Source: Massalongia carnosa
Taxonomy: Eukaryota
DNA: 64,000 nucleotides
Assembly: GCA_965645245.1 (NCBI GenBank)
Contig: OZ287073.1
Location: forward strand, 1,426,001 to 1,490,000
Direction of reading: 5' to 3'
The notes under the pieces: model-generated
The model's database searches: none
The model's input: the letters and a program-made list of their open reading frames with translations, nothing else
Told to the model about the DNA's origin: nothing
Translations under genes and position numbers: made by a program
Part shown: positions 12,501 to 26,885 of the stretch, one piece after another
Numbering within the stretch: the first letter of the stretch is position 1
Layout: every line of letters begins with the position of its first letter

Positions 12501-14188
12501 AACAATCTAGCTCGTTCACGTACCAAATCTCTCTTTAATCTACCCGTTTATATCATGGCTATTTCCCATATCAAGCAAAGAGCGGCAACCCCTTTAGTTT
12601 TCTCCAATCCCTATTTTTCCTTCTCGTGACACGAGTTACAGCTAGTCTCACATTTATGAAAATAACATCGCTAAACGTCAATTATTTATCTCCCTCAAAA
12701 CCCGTACCGAGTTCAGGAACCCCCATTCCCTCACCTCCTCGGGCGAATCCATTGCTACAGGTGTTCGGGAATTCCCCATCCCCCAATTTCCTTTTTCGTC
12801 CCGAACTCAAGCCTCAAAAAACTCCTCCCCTTTCCCTCAACCCCTCGTTCATTCATCCACAAACTTATTCCATAGATAATCCTGCTTCATACGAGTAAAA
12901 GATCGAGAAGCCTAGCCTTGTATATAAATCCCTCCCTCCTGCCCCTTTCTTTCAGAGGTTTTGAAATTAGCCCCTGCCTTGGAGCTTAGTTGGCTTTAGC
13001 TGAAACTTCCTAATTCGCCACCATTTTCCCCTATATTTCTCTCGTCCCCCTTCCTCCCACTTCTTCCTCACCCACTCTTCATTTCTTCTTCCCCCTTATC
13101 CCCCTCGGGAAAAACCCGGCATCTCCATCTACACCTACTAAATCCTCATCACCAAACGCAAACATTCCATCATATAGGCAATCGTCGACTAGCTACAGAA
13201 ACCCCCCCGGGTTTAATTCTCCCCTTCTGATTTCGGAGGTTGGATTAGAGTGGAGTTGAGTGGATTCGAGCGAAAGTGTTCTAGGCGCTTGAAGATGGAG
13301 ATGAGAGATTGACAAATAGGTTTTTTTACGTACGTACGAGCTGCTGATATGTACATACTTTGTTCTTGGAAAAATGGTGAGTTGGTTGGTGTGTGTGTGC
13401 GCCTAGCTGACCCATATGTTTGGTTCGCTGGCTGGCTAGCTAACTTACCTACACGGAGAGTATCTCTCGCGTATTCCGTTTTTGGGGAACTGGGACTGAA
13501 AGAACGGCCGATAAAAGATACATAACTGGCTTTTGGGAATGGCCCGAGGTGGAAGGGGGGGGAGGAGTATACACATACATACAGGGGGGAAAGGATGGAA
13601 GTACATATTTGAAGGATATGTATGAATGTGAATACTAGCAAAAGCGAGCATTATTCATCATTCCCTACCCACCATCTCCTTTACGAAAAGCAGCAAAGCC
13701 GATAGAAGTATCACCTCGCACTTCTTCCTCCCAATAACCCCCCCCCCTTCCCCAAAAAGGGAAAGATATGACAGGCATATAGAGAACGAGATAGCTAGAG
13801 AGCAAGATCGAAAAAAAGGCATGTTGCGAAATCAGGAAAGGGATAAGGCATAAAAGAGATAATTAGTGATGTTTTCTTTTTTCTTTTTTCTTTCTTGGCA
13901 GAAACTCCTGAGAAAACGCGGGAGTATTGTTCAGTGACTAACTAGCCAAACGGAGAGGTATGGATGGGAGAAGAAGATCGGTGGGCGGAAAAGAAGATTA
14001 TGTGGTGTTGAATTAATGTCTCAAAATACATACAAAGATCTGGGAATTTAAAAGCCATATGTACAAATCTAAGAGTACTCTTCCCTTAATCGATTTTCGT
14101 TCCCTCTAACGATGCATAACTATCCTTGAGAACGACTCGTCGGAGCTCCGAAGTCGACAAGCTCACCACTCAGGGAGCCACGGTTAGC

Positions 14189-15572
14189 TTACTTACTCGA
14201 TAGCGCCGCTACGCCCGGCAGGTCCTTACCCTCCAACAATTCCAGCGACGCGCCCCCGCCTGTCGATACATGGCTGAGCTTGTCTTCAACCCCGTAATTA
14301 GCCGCCACCGTAGCCGTGTCACCGCCGCCGATGATGACGACCTTGCCCGCTTGCGCTGCATCGACTGCAGCGTCTAGCGTGGCCTTGGTCCCCTTGGTGA
14401 ACGCCTTCATCTCAAACACGCCTGGAGGCCCATTCCAAAGGATTGTCTTCGCGTTGGATATGGCGTCTTCGAACAGCTGAATGCTCTTCTCCCCTGCATC
14501 AAGACCCATCCACCCGTCGGGGATGCCCTCTTCGTCTGTCGCCGTCCTGATCTCCCCGTCCTCGCCAAACTTGTTCGATATGATGTAATCCGTCGGCAGC
14601 ACGATTTTCACACCGTTTGCCTTGGCTTTTTCGATGAGCGCGCCGACTGTCTTGCTGCCGGCCTCGTCGAATAGACTGTTTCCGATGCGGACGTTCTCGA
14701 GTGTCTTCTTAAAAGTAAAGGCCATGGCGCCGCAGATTATGAGGCTATCGACTTTCGTCAGGAGGTTGTCAATCAGCTGGATTTTGTCAGAGACTTTGGC
14801 ACCACCGAGGATAGCTAGGAAAGGTCTTTGCGGATTCTCGAGTGCGCGGGCGAAGTAGTCCAACTCTTTCTTCATGAGAAACCCGGATGCTTTTTGGTGA
14901 AGCTCAATGCCAACCATGGAGCTGTGGGCTCGGTGGGCTGTTCCAAAAGCGTCATCTTTAACCAACCAGTCAGCAAACTTTGACGATTTAAGATAAAGCT
15001 GCCCGGTTAGATGGTCCGTACTGATATAAACATCTCCCAAGGCCGTCAAGCCCCTGCGGAATTCCTCCACCTTCTCCTTATCGGCTTTGACCTTTTTGCC
15101 CTCGGAATCCTTGCTACTACCCTCCTCCTCGGCATGAAACCGTAGATTTTCTAGCAAAATAACCTGCCCGCCGCTGGCCTTGTTCACCGTCTCTTCAACC
15201 TTTTTGCCCACGCAATCGTCGGCGAAAACCACACTCTTTCCCAATAGTTTCTCCAGTTCTGGGACAATGACCTTGAGCGAATATTTGTCCACCTTTTTGC
15301 CGTCTGGTCGTCCTAGATGTGACATGAGGATTATGGCTTTGGCACCATGCTCGGCGGCGTATTTAATGGTGGGAAGAGCGCCGACAATGCGTTGATTGTT
15401 GGTGATTTTCCTGGATGAATCGAGGGGGACATTGAAGTCTACCTAGTAGAGAACAATAATGAGTTTGGCCAAGCTATATTCTGGTATGGGGCATGAGTAG
15501 TCTTACTCGGATCAAGACTCGTTTGTCTTTCAGGTCAACATCTGTAATGGCGAGCTTGTTGGATAAAGACAT
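14189..15572 (-). CDS. PGK1: phosphoglycerate kinase
   Basis: [63 protein letters not shown]; two introns. Confidence 0.97.
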
Positions 15573-16042
15573 TGCTTGGAGATGTTTTTAGTAGCAACAG
15601 AGCTGGAGTATAATCAACAGTTTCTGGATGATGATATGATCGTGACAAGAGTGGGAAAATGGTTTCTTCTGATGGTGGGGGTTTTGGCGGGGCAGAAATT
15701 CAAATCTGGTGGGGCACGTCCCAACTTCCCGGCCAATATTAAGGAGAGGACGTCAGGACATTGGACTGCGGACGCCCTGCTATGGACACAATATCTTTAT
15801 GATGTGCTCACTCATACAGGAATGTTCGATCCAACGATTTTTCTCTAATAGGCTCAGAGCATCGAAGATCTATTGGCCTACCTACCTAGCTATTATTAAC
15901 ACTTTATTCCCCTCTTTCCCTTTCCCAACATGGATGACTGCAAAAGAGACAACACCACAAATTTCCTGTTCAGCTCCAACGCCGTCAATTTTGACTCGTT
16001 CACGGCAATCTAATTCAAAAAGCAAAGAACCAACGGCATGCC

Positions 16043-16942
16043 TCACTCATCGGACGAGTTGGTCAATGACAAATACGCCGTCCAAGCGATTCCAACCGTT
16101 GAGACGAAGGGCTGAAGTCTAGATTAGCACGCGTCTTGGTACTCCCCGTGACTCGGGATCACCAACGATCTGGAATTGAAGCGGAATGACCCTGAAATTG
16201 AGAATTTGCACGGCGGGCCAGATCATGAAATTCGCCTTGAGAGCGGGCAGGTATACGTCTTGAAACTTGCGCGCCACTGCGCGTCTGCCACCTCCCTCGG
16301 TGACGGTCATGAAAGTGAAGAAGCATGCCAAGCCTGCTACCGTCAGTACCGTTCCATTCTACCCCAAAGAAAACGTACCAACAGGCGCGAATATCAGTTG
16401 ATCCATAGCAACTCGTTTCATCGCTGGCAAGGTAGCGCTCTGTTTTGTGAACGGGAAGGCTCGGGACAGGAACCCAAACCACTGAAATTGCACTGGTGAC
16501 ATAATGAAGCCATACGACATGAACCGAGTCAACCGCTCAAAGTCGAACGGTGGGGGCGTATTTTTGAGTGGCGAAAAGTCCGCTATGTAGCTTTTCTCAT
16601 TGAAGTCAAGTATCTCAATTCCATCCGATATGTCTTTGTTTAGGTTATGATTTCGTCTTGATTTGGATCGAATTGCTGTTAATGACTGCGCAACCGTATC
16701 TGCGATCCCCCCTAGAACCTATGTTATACCCAAGTCTTAGCGGACCACCCCAAAGTCAAGCATGACCGCTCTCGACACAGTTCGGGCTTAGGAAGGAATG
16801 TTGCATACAGAGTTCGTTATCATAATTGTGAGGACTGTGGGAATAGTTAGCGTCCTGTCTGCCACCCACGCTACCTGTGCATACCAGGCTTATCCGCATA
16901 ATAGGAATTGTACTTGGCTATCAGTCTCGAGATCGCGGCCAT
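16043..16942 (-). CDS. Mpv17/PMP22 family membrane protein, multi-exon
   Basis: Spliced reading MAAISRLIAKYNSYYADKP..VLGGIADTVAQ..PPFDFERLTRFMSYGF..DQLIFAP..KANFMIWPAVQILNF..PFVSTVGIAWTAYLSLTNSSDE*. Confidence 0.85.
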
Positions 16943-17712
16943 CTCGAAAAGGAGAATGATTGCGTGGAGCAAAGGCTAAAGCAGCGCAAGAAACGAATAG
17001 AGTCAGTTTTTGATGGGTTGCTTAAGCTGAGAGCAACTTGTGCAGTTCGCTTGTGCAAATCTAGTTAAGCCATCGTATGAAGGAACGAAACCCACCACTC
17101 GCCCATAGAGGTATCTGCTGTTCAGAGTATCCAGAACCTTCCGCCTTGTTGACTCGATCATATCGAGGCCGAGAGTCTTTCTCTCCACGCCGTAGCTTGC
17201 GGGAGGATACGTGTTTCGTAGTTGCCTGAGTTGTAAGGCCGCTGGGCTCGTGTCTCAATAGTTGTGCTGTCTTTTGAGGCAAGATGAACTGAGCGAACGT
17301 GGCGGTATGGTGTCATAAAGGTTTCAGAAAATATTAAGAGTTGGTCAAGATAATTTTCCGCGATGTTAGAGGCGTAGCAAAATAAGAACACAAGGCGGTT
17401 TTGAATGCACGCTTGTTCGGCGGGGGTTTGACTTCGCTTGGCCCGCAAGGTTTCACATTCACTCGTGCAGTTCTCGATTTGGTTTAAAGGGGTTGGCACC
17501 AAAGGGGGAATAGAAGCAAAACTACACTCTACTACTGGCTGCCGGTTCAAACATGTCATAGTAACTGCACAAACATAATGGATGCGATTTCTTTTCTCTT
17601 CTTTTCTTTAAACTTCATGGCTGCTGGATGCCTTAGCATGCGCCGAAAAGTCAAAAACTCTAATGAAAATGAACACGATATCGGTTTCATTGCCAGCTCT
17701 AAAGGAATGGGG

Positions 17713-19662
17713 CTATTCGTCAACAGCCCACTCAGCAGCTATGATGTCCGGCAGATCTCGAATATCTAAGAACTCGTTGGATATCACGTCTATGACCCGA
17801 ATAGCTTCTACCCGAAGGACACCTTTTGCCAAAGGAAGGAACTTGAGATCTGTATTGTAACAAAATCCAGGATGAAGAGGACTATATACAACTATTTAGC
17901 ATTGGAGAATTCAAGGGCGAATAGAGCGACTCACCCAACCTTAACATCGGTACTCAGGCTCACAAGTTGTGGAGGTTCTTTGCCCGAGTTTCTCTGCATG
18001 GCGTAAAGGAGGTTCTCATCCATTATATGTTCCGCAATATCAGTCTCTTTGCGACCCCCGGTTGATGATGACGATGGTCGTGACAGATGGCCTTTCAATT
18101 CGCCCCGTTTTCTGTTAAGCATAACCAGAATCGCTAGTCTCCTTAACTTGTCCGATTGGTTTACCACGAACATATCCCAGCAAAACGGTTCTCCCACTTG
18201 CACCTTACTTGGAGCTGTAAATGTTATAGTAATGCCAAAATCGCTGGCAACGGTATTTTGCCGTTGCCCGGACTTCGACAAGGAGTTAGGGGTTTCGGCT
18301 CCTTGAAGGTTAGGAAGCATGCCTTGATTACCATTCACAGATATTGCTGGAAGGCTTGGTGGCCTTTGACTCCGCTGTAACGATTGCCCGGGAGCTCCGT
18401 AGCTTGGGTTCAACTCGGTGGCGAAGTCAACCCCAGTTTTCCAACGCATTTCGATGCAGGGCCGGCAAACCTCCGACATTAACACAATCGCCTCGATCGT
18501 TATATCCAATACTTTTGAAGCCGCCGTTGAAGTCATGGTACCATGAAGGTCTCCATTAGGAATCAAATGAAACAAAAAGATCAGATTATCTTTGGGCCGG
18601 CAAGATATGGGAAACCGAAGAGCGTGAGTAGTCGCTAAATCTACTGCCGATCCTTCGGCAAGATTCATTCTCACAGCAGCAAAGCTGAGATCAAAATCAC
18701 AAAATGGTGCAGTCTCAATATCCAAAGACGCAAAAATTGAAGGCTTCCTAGCGTTGCTGCTGGATTTCGAATATCGTACCCTCGCGGTGAATGCAGGTAT
18801 AGCACGGAATACTCGTTCCGGTAGCGATTTAATTATTTGATCACTGGAGGCTATTTCTTGATTGGTAGAGTCGATCCGCAAGAGTCTCAGGGCTGTGAGC
18901 TGTAGTTCAGTGCCGTCCAAAACAGGGTCACTTTTCAAAGATTCCAGTAAATTAATGGATGCTGGAACCCCGCTAGGTAAATAATAATCGTTGGCCAGGT
19001 TATCGTCAGCGATGCTTACGGGCCTCAAGACTGCAGAGGGTTTGAAAATGATGGTGGGCGATTGCATTCGAACGCGAGGTCTATCTTAGCAACTATCAAT
19101 CAGAACTACCTTTGCACCAGCATTTTAAAAGGTTACCCACTTAAAAACGCCTGCAGTTTCCATATCAAAAAGCCGTGAGGATTTGAATTTTGGTTGTCCT
19201 TTTGTTGAATGATTATCAAAGGTTCTTCGGCTGTGTTAACGGCCGCAGACCATATGAGAGCTCTACTTAGCGAAGGAGAAGTCTCTTGTTGTACATCTTG
19301 ACCTTTTGAGGGCTTTGCATCACCTGTCACGAAAACCTCTACATTGATGGCTAGCCGGGCAACTAAAGAGCTAAGCTCCAGCTCTTCATAGTAGGGCGTT
19401 CGTAGAACAACGTAAATGGGGATTGATTCATCTAATATGTGCCTATCAATGAGTAAGACCAACAGTCCGCATATGCTTCAAGTAGCAGCTTACCAAAATA
19501 TAACACGCCTCGCTGAGCTACAGAAGGGAACCAACTTGACTCATCCACTTCGTCCAACTCCGAGACTTCTGTCGAGTTGATAATGTCTTCCACGTCATAC
19601 TTTGAAGCTTGGGGAACTAGAATATCCAGAACCAAATCGTCCAGTGATTCCGAGTCATACAT
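17713..19662 (-). CDS. TRS65: TRAPP II complex subunit Trs65, multi-exon
   Basis: Exons match ORFs 19432-19662, 19133-19462 and 17931-19067 plus a terminal exon PLHPGFCYNTDLKFLPLAKGVLRVEAIRVID. The motifs VGEPFCWDMFVVN and LVSLSTDVKVGPL fit Trs65. The start codon is uncertain. Confidence 0.72.
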
Positions 19663-19940
19663 GGAGAGGTCGTTGCAGTGCCTAGAGTTCCCAAAAGTGC
19701 TTTCACAAAAAGGTTACTAAGATAATAGTGAAATCAAGTTGCATTAGAAGAGAAAGCAACAAGGGTTAATAGAGACCGGCTCTTGAAAGCGGCTTCTTCC
19801 GCGGAGCCGCAAATACAGTTTTCCGAGAGGAGATTAAATTAATCTACAGCCTATATCGACTGTTCTTCATGACCGCTATAGAGATTACACAAATGCGCAT
19901 ACTCAGAAATTTGAAATCTTGATAATAATTGCTTCTCATC

Positions 19941-22490
19941 ATGAACGGCGTTAACGGCATTCCAGGACCGCCGGGTCTCTGGCAAGAAGCGCGCAATGCC
20001 GATGGTCGTGTCTACTATTACAATACGCAAACAAAAGCTACGCAATGGACCAAACCACCAGAGCTCATGAGCCCGGCTGAGGTAAGTAATATATAATTTA
20101 TCGATTCCCTTTTTTTCTAAGCTGATCAAATTCAGCGAGCTTTGGCAAATCAACCCTGGAAAGAATATACGGCGGAAGGGGGAAGGAAGTATTGGTATAA
20201 TGCAGATTCAAAACAGAGCTCCTGGGAAATGCCCGAGGCGTATAAGTCCACGCTGGCTCAAACAACATCTGCTTCTAGACCTTCAGCGCCGTAAGTGTAC
20301 CTTCTATTACTCGATATATCGATTATGCTAACACACCACAGAGCTCAGCAGTTCGTCGCTGGAGGCGCAAGCACCCTTTCCTCCCTTCCCTCTCAGCGCG
20401 ATAGAGATGATTATGGAGATCGTATGGGACCAGATCGGCAGATTGGTTATGGTCAAATGGATGCGAATGGATCTCGCGGAGCTGCTTATGGCGTGCAGCA
20501 ACCTGATCCAGATTACTCAACGTTTGAAGAGGGCGAAGCAGCATTTATTAAGCTGCTCAGACGTTCAAATGTTCAACCGGATTGGACATGGGAGCAGACG
20601 ATGAGAGCAACTATCAAAGACCCGCAGTATCGGGCGCTCAAAGATCCAAAGGATCGCAAGGCTGCGTTTGAGAAGTATGCGGTGGAGGTTCGAATACAGG
20701 AAAAGGACCGTGCAAAGGAGAGGCTTGCCAAGCTCCGTACAGACTTTGGTACCATGCTGAGAAGTCATCCAGAGATCAAGCATTACACTCGGTGGAAGAC
20801 TGCGCGACCAATAATTGAAGGCGAGACTATCTTCAGGTCCACCAGCGATGATGCTGAGCGACGGCAGTTATTTGAAGAATATATTCTCGATCTTAAGAAA
20901 TCCAACATCGAACGCGAAGCCATCACCCGCAAGTCGGCCATGGACGAGCTTGTGGGGATTCTGAAGGCACTTGACCTTGAACCGTACACAAGATGGTCTG
21001 AGGCGCAAGAAATCATCCAATCGGATGAGAAATTCCAAGGTGATGACAAGTTCAAGACCCTTAGTAAATCAGACATTTTGACAGCTTTCGAGAACCACAT
21101 CAAGTCTTTAGAACGCACGTTCAACGATGAACGTCAGCGCGAGAAAACGACGAAGATCAGGAAGGAGCGGCAGAACAGGGACCGTTTCTTGGAATTACTC
21201 AACGAACTCAAAGACGCCGGTAAGGTGAAGGCGGGCACGAAGTGGATGGAGGTTCTCCCAGAGATCAGCAAGGATTCCAGGTACGTAGCCATGCTCGGTC
21301 AATCCGGATCGACTCCGCTTGATCTATTCTGGGACATGGTCGAGGAAGAAGAAAGAGCGTTGCGACCAGTGAGGAACGACGTATACGACGTGCTCGAGGA
21401 CAAACGATACGAAATCACCCCCAAAACTACTATTGCCGAATTTATGACTGTAATGTCAACAGACCGCCGAACCGCTCCTCTCTCCCCCGATATTCTCGCC
21501 TTAATATTCAGCCGCCTCCACGAAAAGGTCCTCCGCCGTACCGAAGACGACAAGCACGCGTCTGAGCGCCACCAGCGCCGCCTTATTGACGCCCTCCGCT
21601 CAAAAATCAAACATCTTGAGAAGCCTCCAATTCAATCTTCCTCGACCTGGGACTCCATCCGCCCACACATCGCCCATTTGGACGAATTTAAGGCACTCGA
21701 CTCCGACGATCTCCGCCGCCAAGCCTTTGATAAGGTCATACGCCGTCTTAAAGAGAAGGAAGACGATGTCGAAAAGGAGCGGGACTTGAAGGACCGTTCC
21801 AGCACCAGGCGGGATCGTGGGGCCGCTGGCAGGGACCGAGACCGCGACCGCGATCTACGTAATGGGCATGGCTCTTTCCATCATTACCCAGGCGTTGACC
21901 GTCACGTTCCTGACGCCCGCCGTAGCCGCACCCCAGAGCTCGACGCTTACGAGGCCGACCGTCGCAAAGCGATGGCTGATCGCGAGCGCCAGTACCATAA
22001 ATCTGGCATCACAGGCCTGTCGCCACCTCCGCGGGACGCCCGCTCCGATCGGGATCGTAACCATCGGGATCGCCACGAACGGCTCTCCAGCCGCCATCAA
22101 CCGGGTGACCCGCCGCCCAGGCTGAGCCACTACGATCGTGATCGCCGTGAGCGCGATGAAGAGCGCGAACGGCTATATCGAACTCGTGGGGGGGAGCCTG
22201 GGGCCGGTAGGGATGAGCTAGATTATGGGGAGGGGAGGGGAGCGAGGAGGAGGCGTGGGGTGGAGAGCGATGGGGAGAGTGTAGGGAGTGGGAGGAAGAG
22301 GGCGAGGAGGGAGAGGGACGATGGAGGGGGGAAGAGAAGGGAGAAAGAGCGGGAACGGGAGCGGGAGAAGGAAAGGGAGAAGGAGAGGGAGAGGGAGAAG
22401 GAGAGGGAAAGAAAAAAGACGCCGGTGAAGGAAGAGGCGCCGGGGGTGCGGTCTGGGAGCGAGGAGGGAGAGATGGTGGAGGAGGAATAG
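19941..22490 (+). CDS. PRP40: U1 snRNP protein Prp40 (two WW domains, FF domains, RD/RE-rich tail)
   Basis: WW1 [28 protein letters not shown]2 [23 protein letters not shown] repeats ([23 protein letters not shown]); two introns near the 5' end. Confidence 0.92.
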
Positions 22491-23764
22491 TGCTTAGGCG
22501 GGGAGGTTGGAGAAAGAGATGCTAGCTGATTGGCCAGCATACCCCCCCCCCATCCCTACCCTCATAAGAAACATCTCTCTCCTACAGCAGTGGCTGTGGC
22601 AGCTACACCTGCAGTTAGGGGATATCGGAAAGATAGAGATTTCGCTCATTTGTGTAAACAGCTATTTTCTCATTCAATAATACGGCGGCTTTACTAGCTA
22701 GCTTGCTTGCGGCTTATCGTTCCTTGACCGTGGGATGGATAGTTGGGCTTGGGAAGGTGGGGTTAAAAGTTTTCAGAGATTGAGATGTTTTTGTTTGTAA
22801 AAGAGTGGAAAAGGGGGAGGGGGAAGGATGGTAGGTACTAAGATTAGGGGAGCTAGGCGGAAGTGTGATTTGTTCTAGTTAGTGATAATCTAGTTAGGCA
22901 CGGGGGGAAGACGGGAATATATCTTCTACTGGTCTGATTTATGGATTCAATGAGCGAGCGAGCGATTGAACAAGTGTGGTGAGATTTGATAGGGGGTACT
23001 TTGGCAAGAAAAGGTGCGATGAGCCCCTTGCCGGTAGAAAAGAAAAAGTAAAGTGGTACGATGTTTATGTATGGAGCATACGAAGTAGGAAGCAAGTGCT
23101 TGTGTTAAAATTTGTTCACACTGCGGGAAGGTTTTAGGAAGGGAAAAAGTCCACGGTGTGGTGGATGAATTGGATGTTGCGTTTCTCAGGCATTTTGGTG
23201 GGTGGAGCGAAATGAATGGAGAGGGAAAGGATACACATTAGTTGATAAAGGTAACTACACAGGGAGCTAGCTCCCACTTTCAGGATGGCCAAAGCCGCGA
23301 GAAGTACCACCATGCTTGTTGAAGATCGCTCGATATTCTCAATCATTTCAGGAAACGGTTCTCATCACACGAGTCCCGATGTTATAGCAAGCTACACATA
23401 AGACCAATCAATCTCGTTCATAATCCATAAAGCTATGCCCTACCGAAAAACGGTGGGCGGCAAGTCACCTAACTTGACCCACTCATCCCTCTCTCAAAAC
23501 CCAAGACCCTACATACATTTTGTTTTTCTAGGGAGAACAAAGAGTGCAGAAATTAGAGCGTGAAGAGGAATAGGCAAGAGGTAGACCGCCGCCCGGGGTG
23601 TTCGTATATCATCGTCGTCGTCGTCTTCGTCAACGCATAGTTCATCGTCACCGTGACCTGCGCGGCGCTTGCAGGCGTTTTCACAAACACCGATAGATAA
23701 TATGGTGGCTGTGTCTAGGGCCGCAGGGGATTGTTGAAGGGGATTATGATTGGGGGTGCCCTTT

Positions 23765-26028
23765 TCAACTAGAATCTTCCAGGAAGAACTAAATTTATGA
23801 AGGCCTTAGCGATCACTTCCTATCTGAAGAACGTATGCGAAAAGAGGCATGAATGGCGGACTGAGAGAGTGTAAAAAAACTTACGAAATTCCCGTTGAGT
23901 TTCTGCTCTTGGTCCAGCTGACTGTTGTTCTTGTTGATGCGAGGCCGGAAGCTGTTCGGGTCTCTGCGGAAGGTGACGTCGAGGTTCTTTAGGAACTTGT
24001 TGCATCCTGTTAGTAAGCCTTCTGGGGTGTTGGCTTTGGCTTTGACGGACGGTTGGCCGTCAAACACAATCACTCGGTCCGCCAGGTAAGTGGCCATGAT
24101 AAAATCATGCTCCACAACGAAAGCTGTCTTCTTAGCATGCATGATGAAGCGTTTGATGACTCGAGCGGCTATGATACGCTGTTCTGAGTCCAAGTAGGCG
24201 CTGGGCTCGTCGATGAGATATATGTCCGCTGGGATTCCAAGGGCCAGTACGATGGCTACGCGCTGCAACTCACCACCTGAGAGGTTTTGGACATCTTGCT
24301 CGATGAAGTCATCTAGTTTTAACGGTTTATAAACATCAGTTTGAAACTGAGGACTCAGAAAAGAAGCCTTTATTTTTTTGAGGAACAATTGTCTGACAGT
24401 GCCTTGGAATTTGGGCGTAATCTTTTGTGGCTTCATGGAAATGTTCATAGGAGGAATAGATCCACGCCCGTCAGGCTTCTCCGCGCCAGCCAGCATCCTA
24501 CAAAACGTTGTCTTTCCCGTTCCATTTTCGCCCATCATAACAATGATTTCTGAATCAGTGAACTGGCCAGGTTCAATGGTCAAGTGGAAGCCGCCCAGGG
24601 TTTTCTGCATAGCTGGATAGCTGTAGCCTCGCGCCTTATCGGCCATAAACTCATCCCCAACCTCAGCGATGCGAAATGTCAGGGACTCTTCTCTGAAGCG
24701 TAAATTCTCTGTTGGGATATTGCCGTCAAGGAATATATTGATGCCTTCTCTAACAGAGGCCGGCAATGTAACAACTCCATAGACAGCTGGTTTGCCGTAG
24801 AGGACACAGATGAAATCGGAAAGGTAGTCTAAAACAGACAAATCATGCTCGACAACGATAACATAATCATCCGGACGAAGTAGGTCACGAATTGTTCGTG
24901 CGGCATTGAGACGCTGCTTCACATCGAGGTATGAGGATGGTTCGTCAAACATGTAACTAGATCGGCATCAGTTATTTTGATATAATTTCTAGATATTTGT
25001 CAGGGCTTACACATCTGCCCGCTGCACACAAACTATTCCAATTGCAAAACGTTGGAGTTCCCCACCGGAGAGAAGATTGATATCTCGATCAAGAACTTGC
25101 CTTAACTCTACGAAAATATTAGCCAAATGAGCGATTTGGTTAAATAAGCCCTTACCCAAAACATCCAAGATCTTGTCAAGATTATCCATCTGCGCTCGTG
25201 CTTTCAGTAATACCTCAACACTCTTATCCGGCCCTTTGACAGCTTTGGGAATTTGATCCACATATTGTGGCTTCACAACAGCTTTTAGGTCATCCTCCAA
25301 GACTTTCGTGAAGTAATCTATAAAAGTTAGCCTTTGGGCCACACAGAAGAGTCGCACGCGCACTTTGAAGTTCAGACCCTCGAAAGTATTTCAATATCTC
25401 CTCCCAGTCTGGTGGATCGTCGAATCTACCAAGGTTTGGCTTTAGTTTACCGCTGAGTATCTTCAGGGCCGTGCTCTTGCCGATACCATTAGTTCCCACC
25501 AGACCCAATACCTGCCCTGGCCGTGGCATTGGCAAACGGTGAAGCTTGAAACTGTTGGCTGAGTACCGATGCGTTACCTGAGACTCGAGGTTTGTGGGCA
25601 AGTTGATGACATTGATGGCACCAAACGGGCATTTTTTCACACAGATTCCACATCCGATGCACAACCGCTCCGAGATGAATGCAATCCTCGATTCCGGAGA
25701 AACTTCAATACAAAGTTTGCCTGTACGCACCACAGGGCACGATTTCTTGCACTCTTGACGGCATTTCTACGCACATGTCAATAGGTTTCTGGAGTTATGA
25801 GAGAGGGAGAGGTGGCTTCACTTTTGGTTTGCACTAAGTAGTCGACAAGATTAATCAGTATATGAAAGTCCACCGGGAGAGTCGTCTGGGAACAGTTGTC
25901 CTCCTACCTTGTCATTCGAGACGATAGCAATTCTGTGTCATAGTTCCACTGTCAGTATATTTTTCCGGAAGAGCAAAGAGGAGGAATGCCATGTAGGTGT
26001 ACACCCACCGAGTCAATTTGTCTGCCAT
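23765..26028 (-). CDS. RLI1: ABCE1/Rli1 Fe-S ABC ATPase, multi-exon
   Basis: [45 protein letters not shown], two Walker A motifs ([17 protein letters not shown]), LSGGELQR twice; short terminal exon FFLEDSS*. Confidence 0.96.
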
Positions 26029-26885
26029 AATGAATAGATGAATGGACAATCCAATGCAGGATGGGATGTGTTGAGGCAGAACGATGGGGTATCCGAATGA
26101 CCCGTGTACGTAGGAGGCGCAGGCGTAGCAGATGAAATGAACAATGAAGGTTTTTATATGCCCTAGAACAGGCAAGTAATGGGTATTGTAAATAATGATT
26201 CCTCTACACAATGGAAATCCAATTCACCCGCAAGACTCACCCACTCAGGCCTTACCGGATTTGGCTAGCCAGCACATATTGCTAAGCCACGCCTGGCTAG
26301 TTAGCTTTTCTGCCGGCGAACCCATTAAACTCTCTCTTGTCACTTCTGAACAGAGACACACATCTCTCCATCTTCAAGAAATACCTGGCAACAACCTTAG
26401 AACTCAGTATTTTACAACCCTCACCGAAGGCTCTCGTAGCCATGGCTTGTAAGTACTGTACGCTTTCATACTCTATTGCATCACGTTGCTTCATAGGACC
26501 TGAGCTGCTTCGCCCATGTTCGTCGTGGAATATCCTCGTCGATCAATGAAGTCTCTCCATGTCGAATTAGATCTTTTTATTGACATCCTATTGTCGACAT
26601 TGATGTGGTTCCCTGCATAGCGACGATACAGTCTGTAGTATTATATCGCTATGTCAGACATAGCTCAGCCTTCTAGTCTGCTGGCTCGTTTCCATGAAGT
26701 CCATCATCCTCAACACGTATTCCATCTGATATTGACATTCTTTTCTTTTGTATTTGAAGATATGGCTATTGAGCACAGACTTCTGGATCGCATAGATTCA
26801 TTCTACATGGCACCAATGCGCTGAGAATCTGCGACTTCGTGGCCACTGTCAATGCTAATATATCTTCCTCGTAGCGAGTAGCCTG

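Noticed and set aside
11879..13641. ORFs 11879-12376 and 13213-13641
   Set aside because: Non-ATG starts, intergenic-like composition and no homologous motifs.
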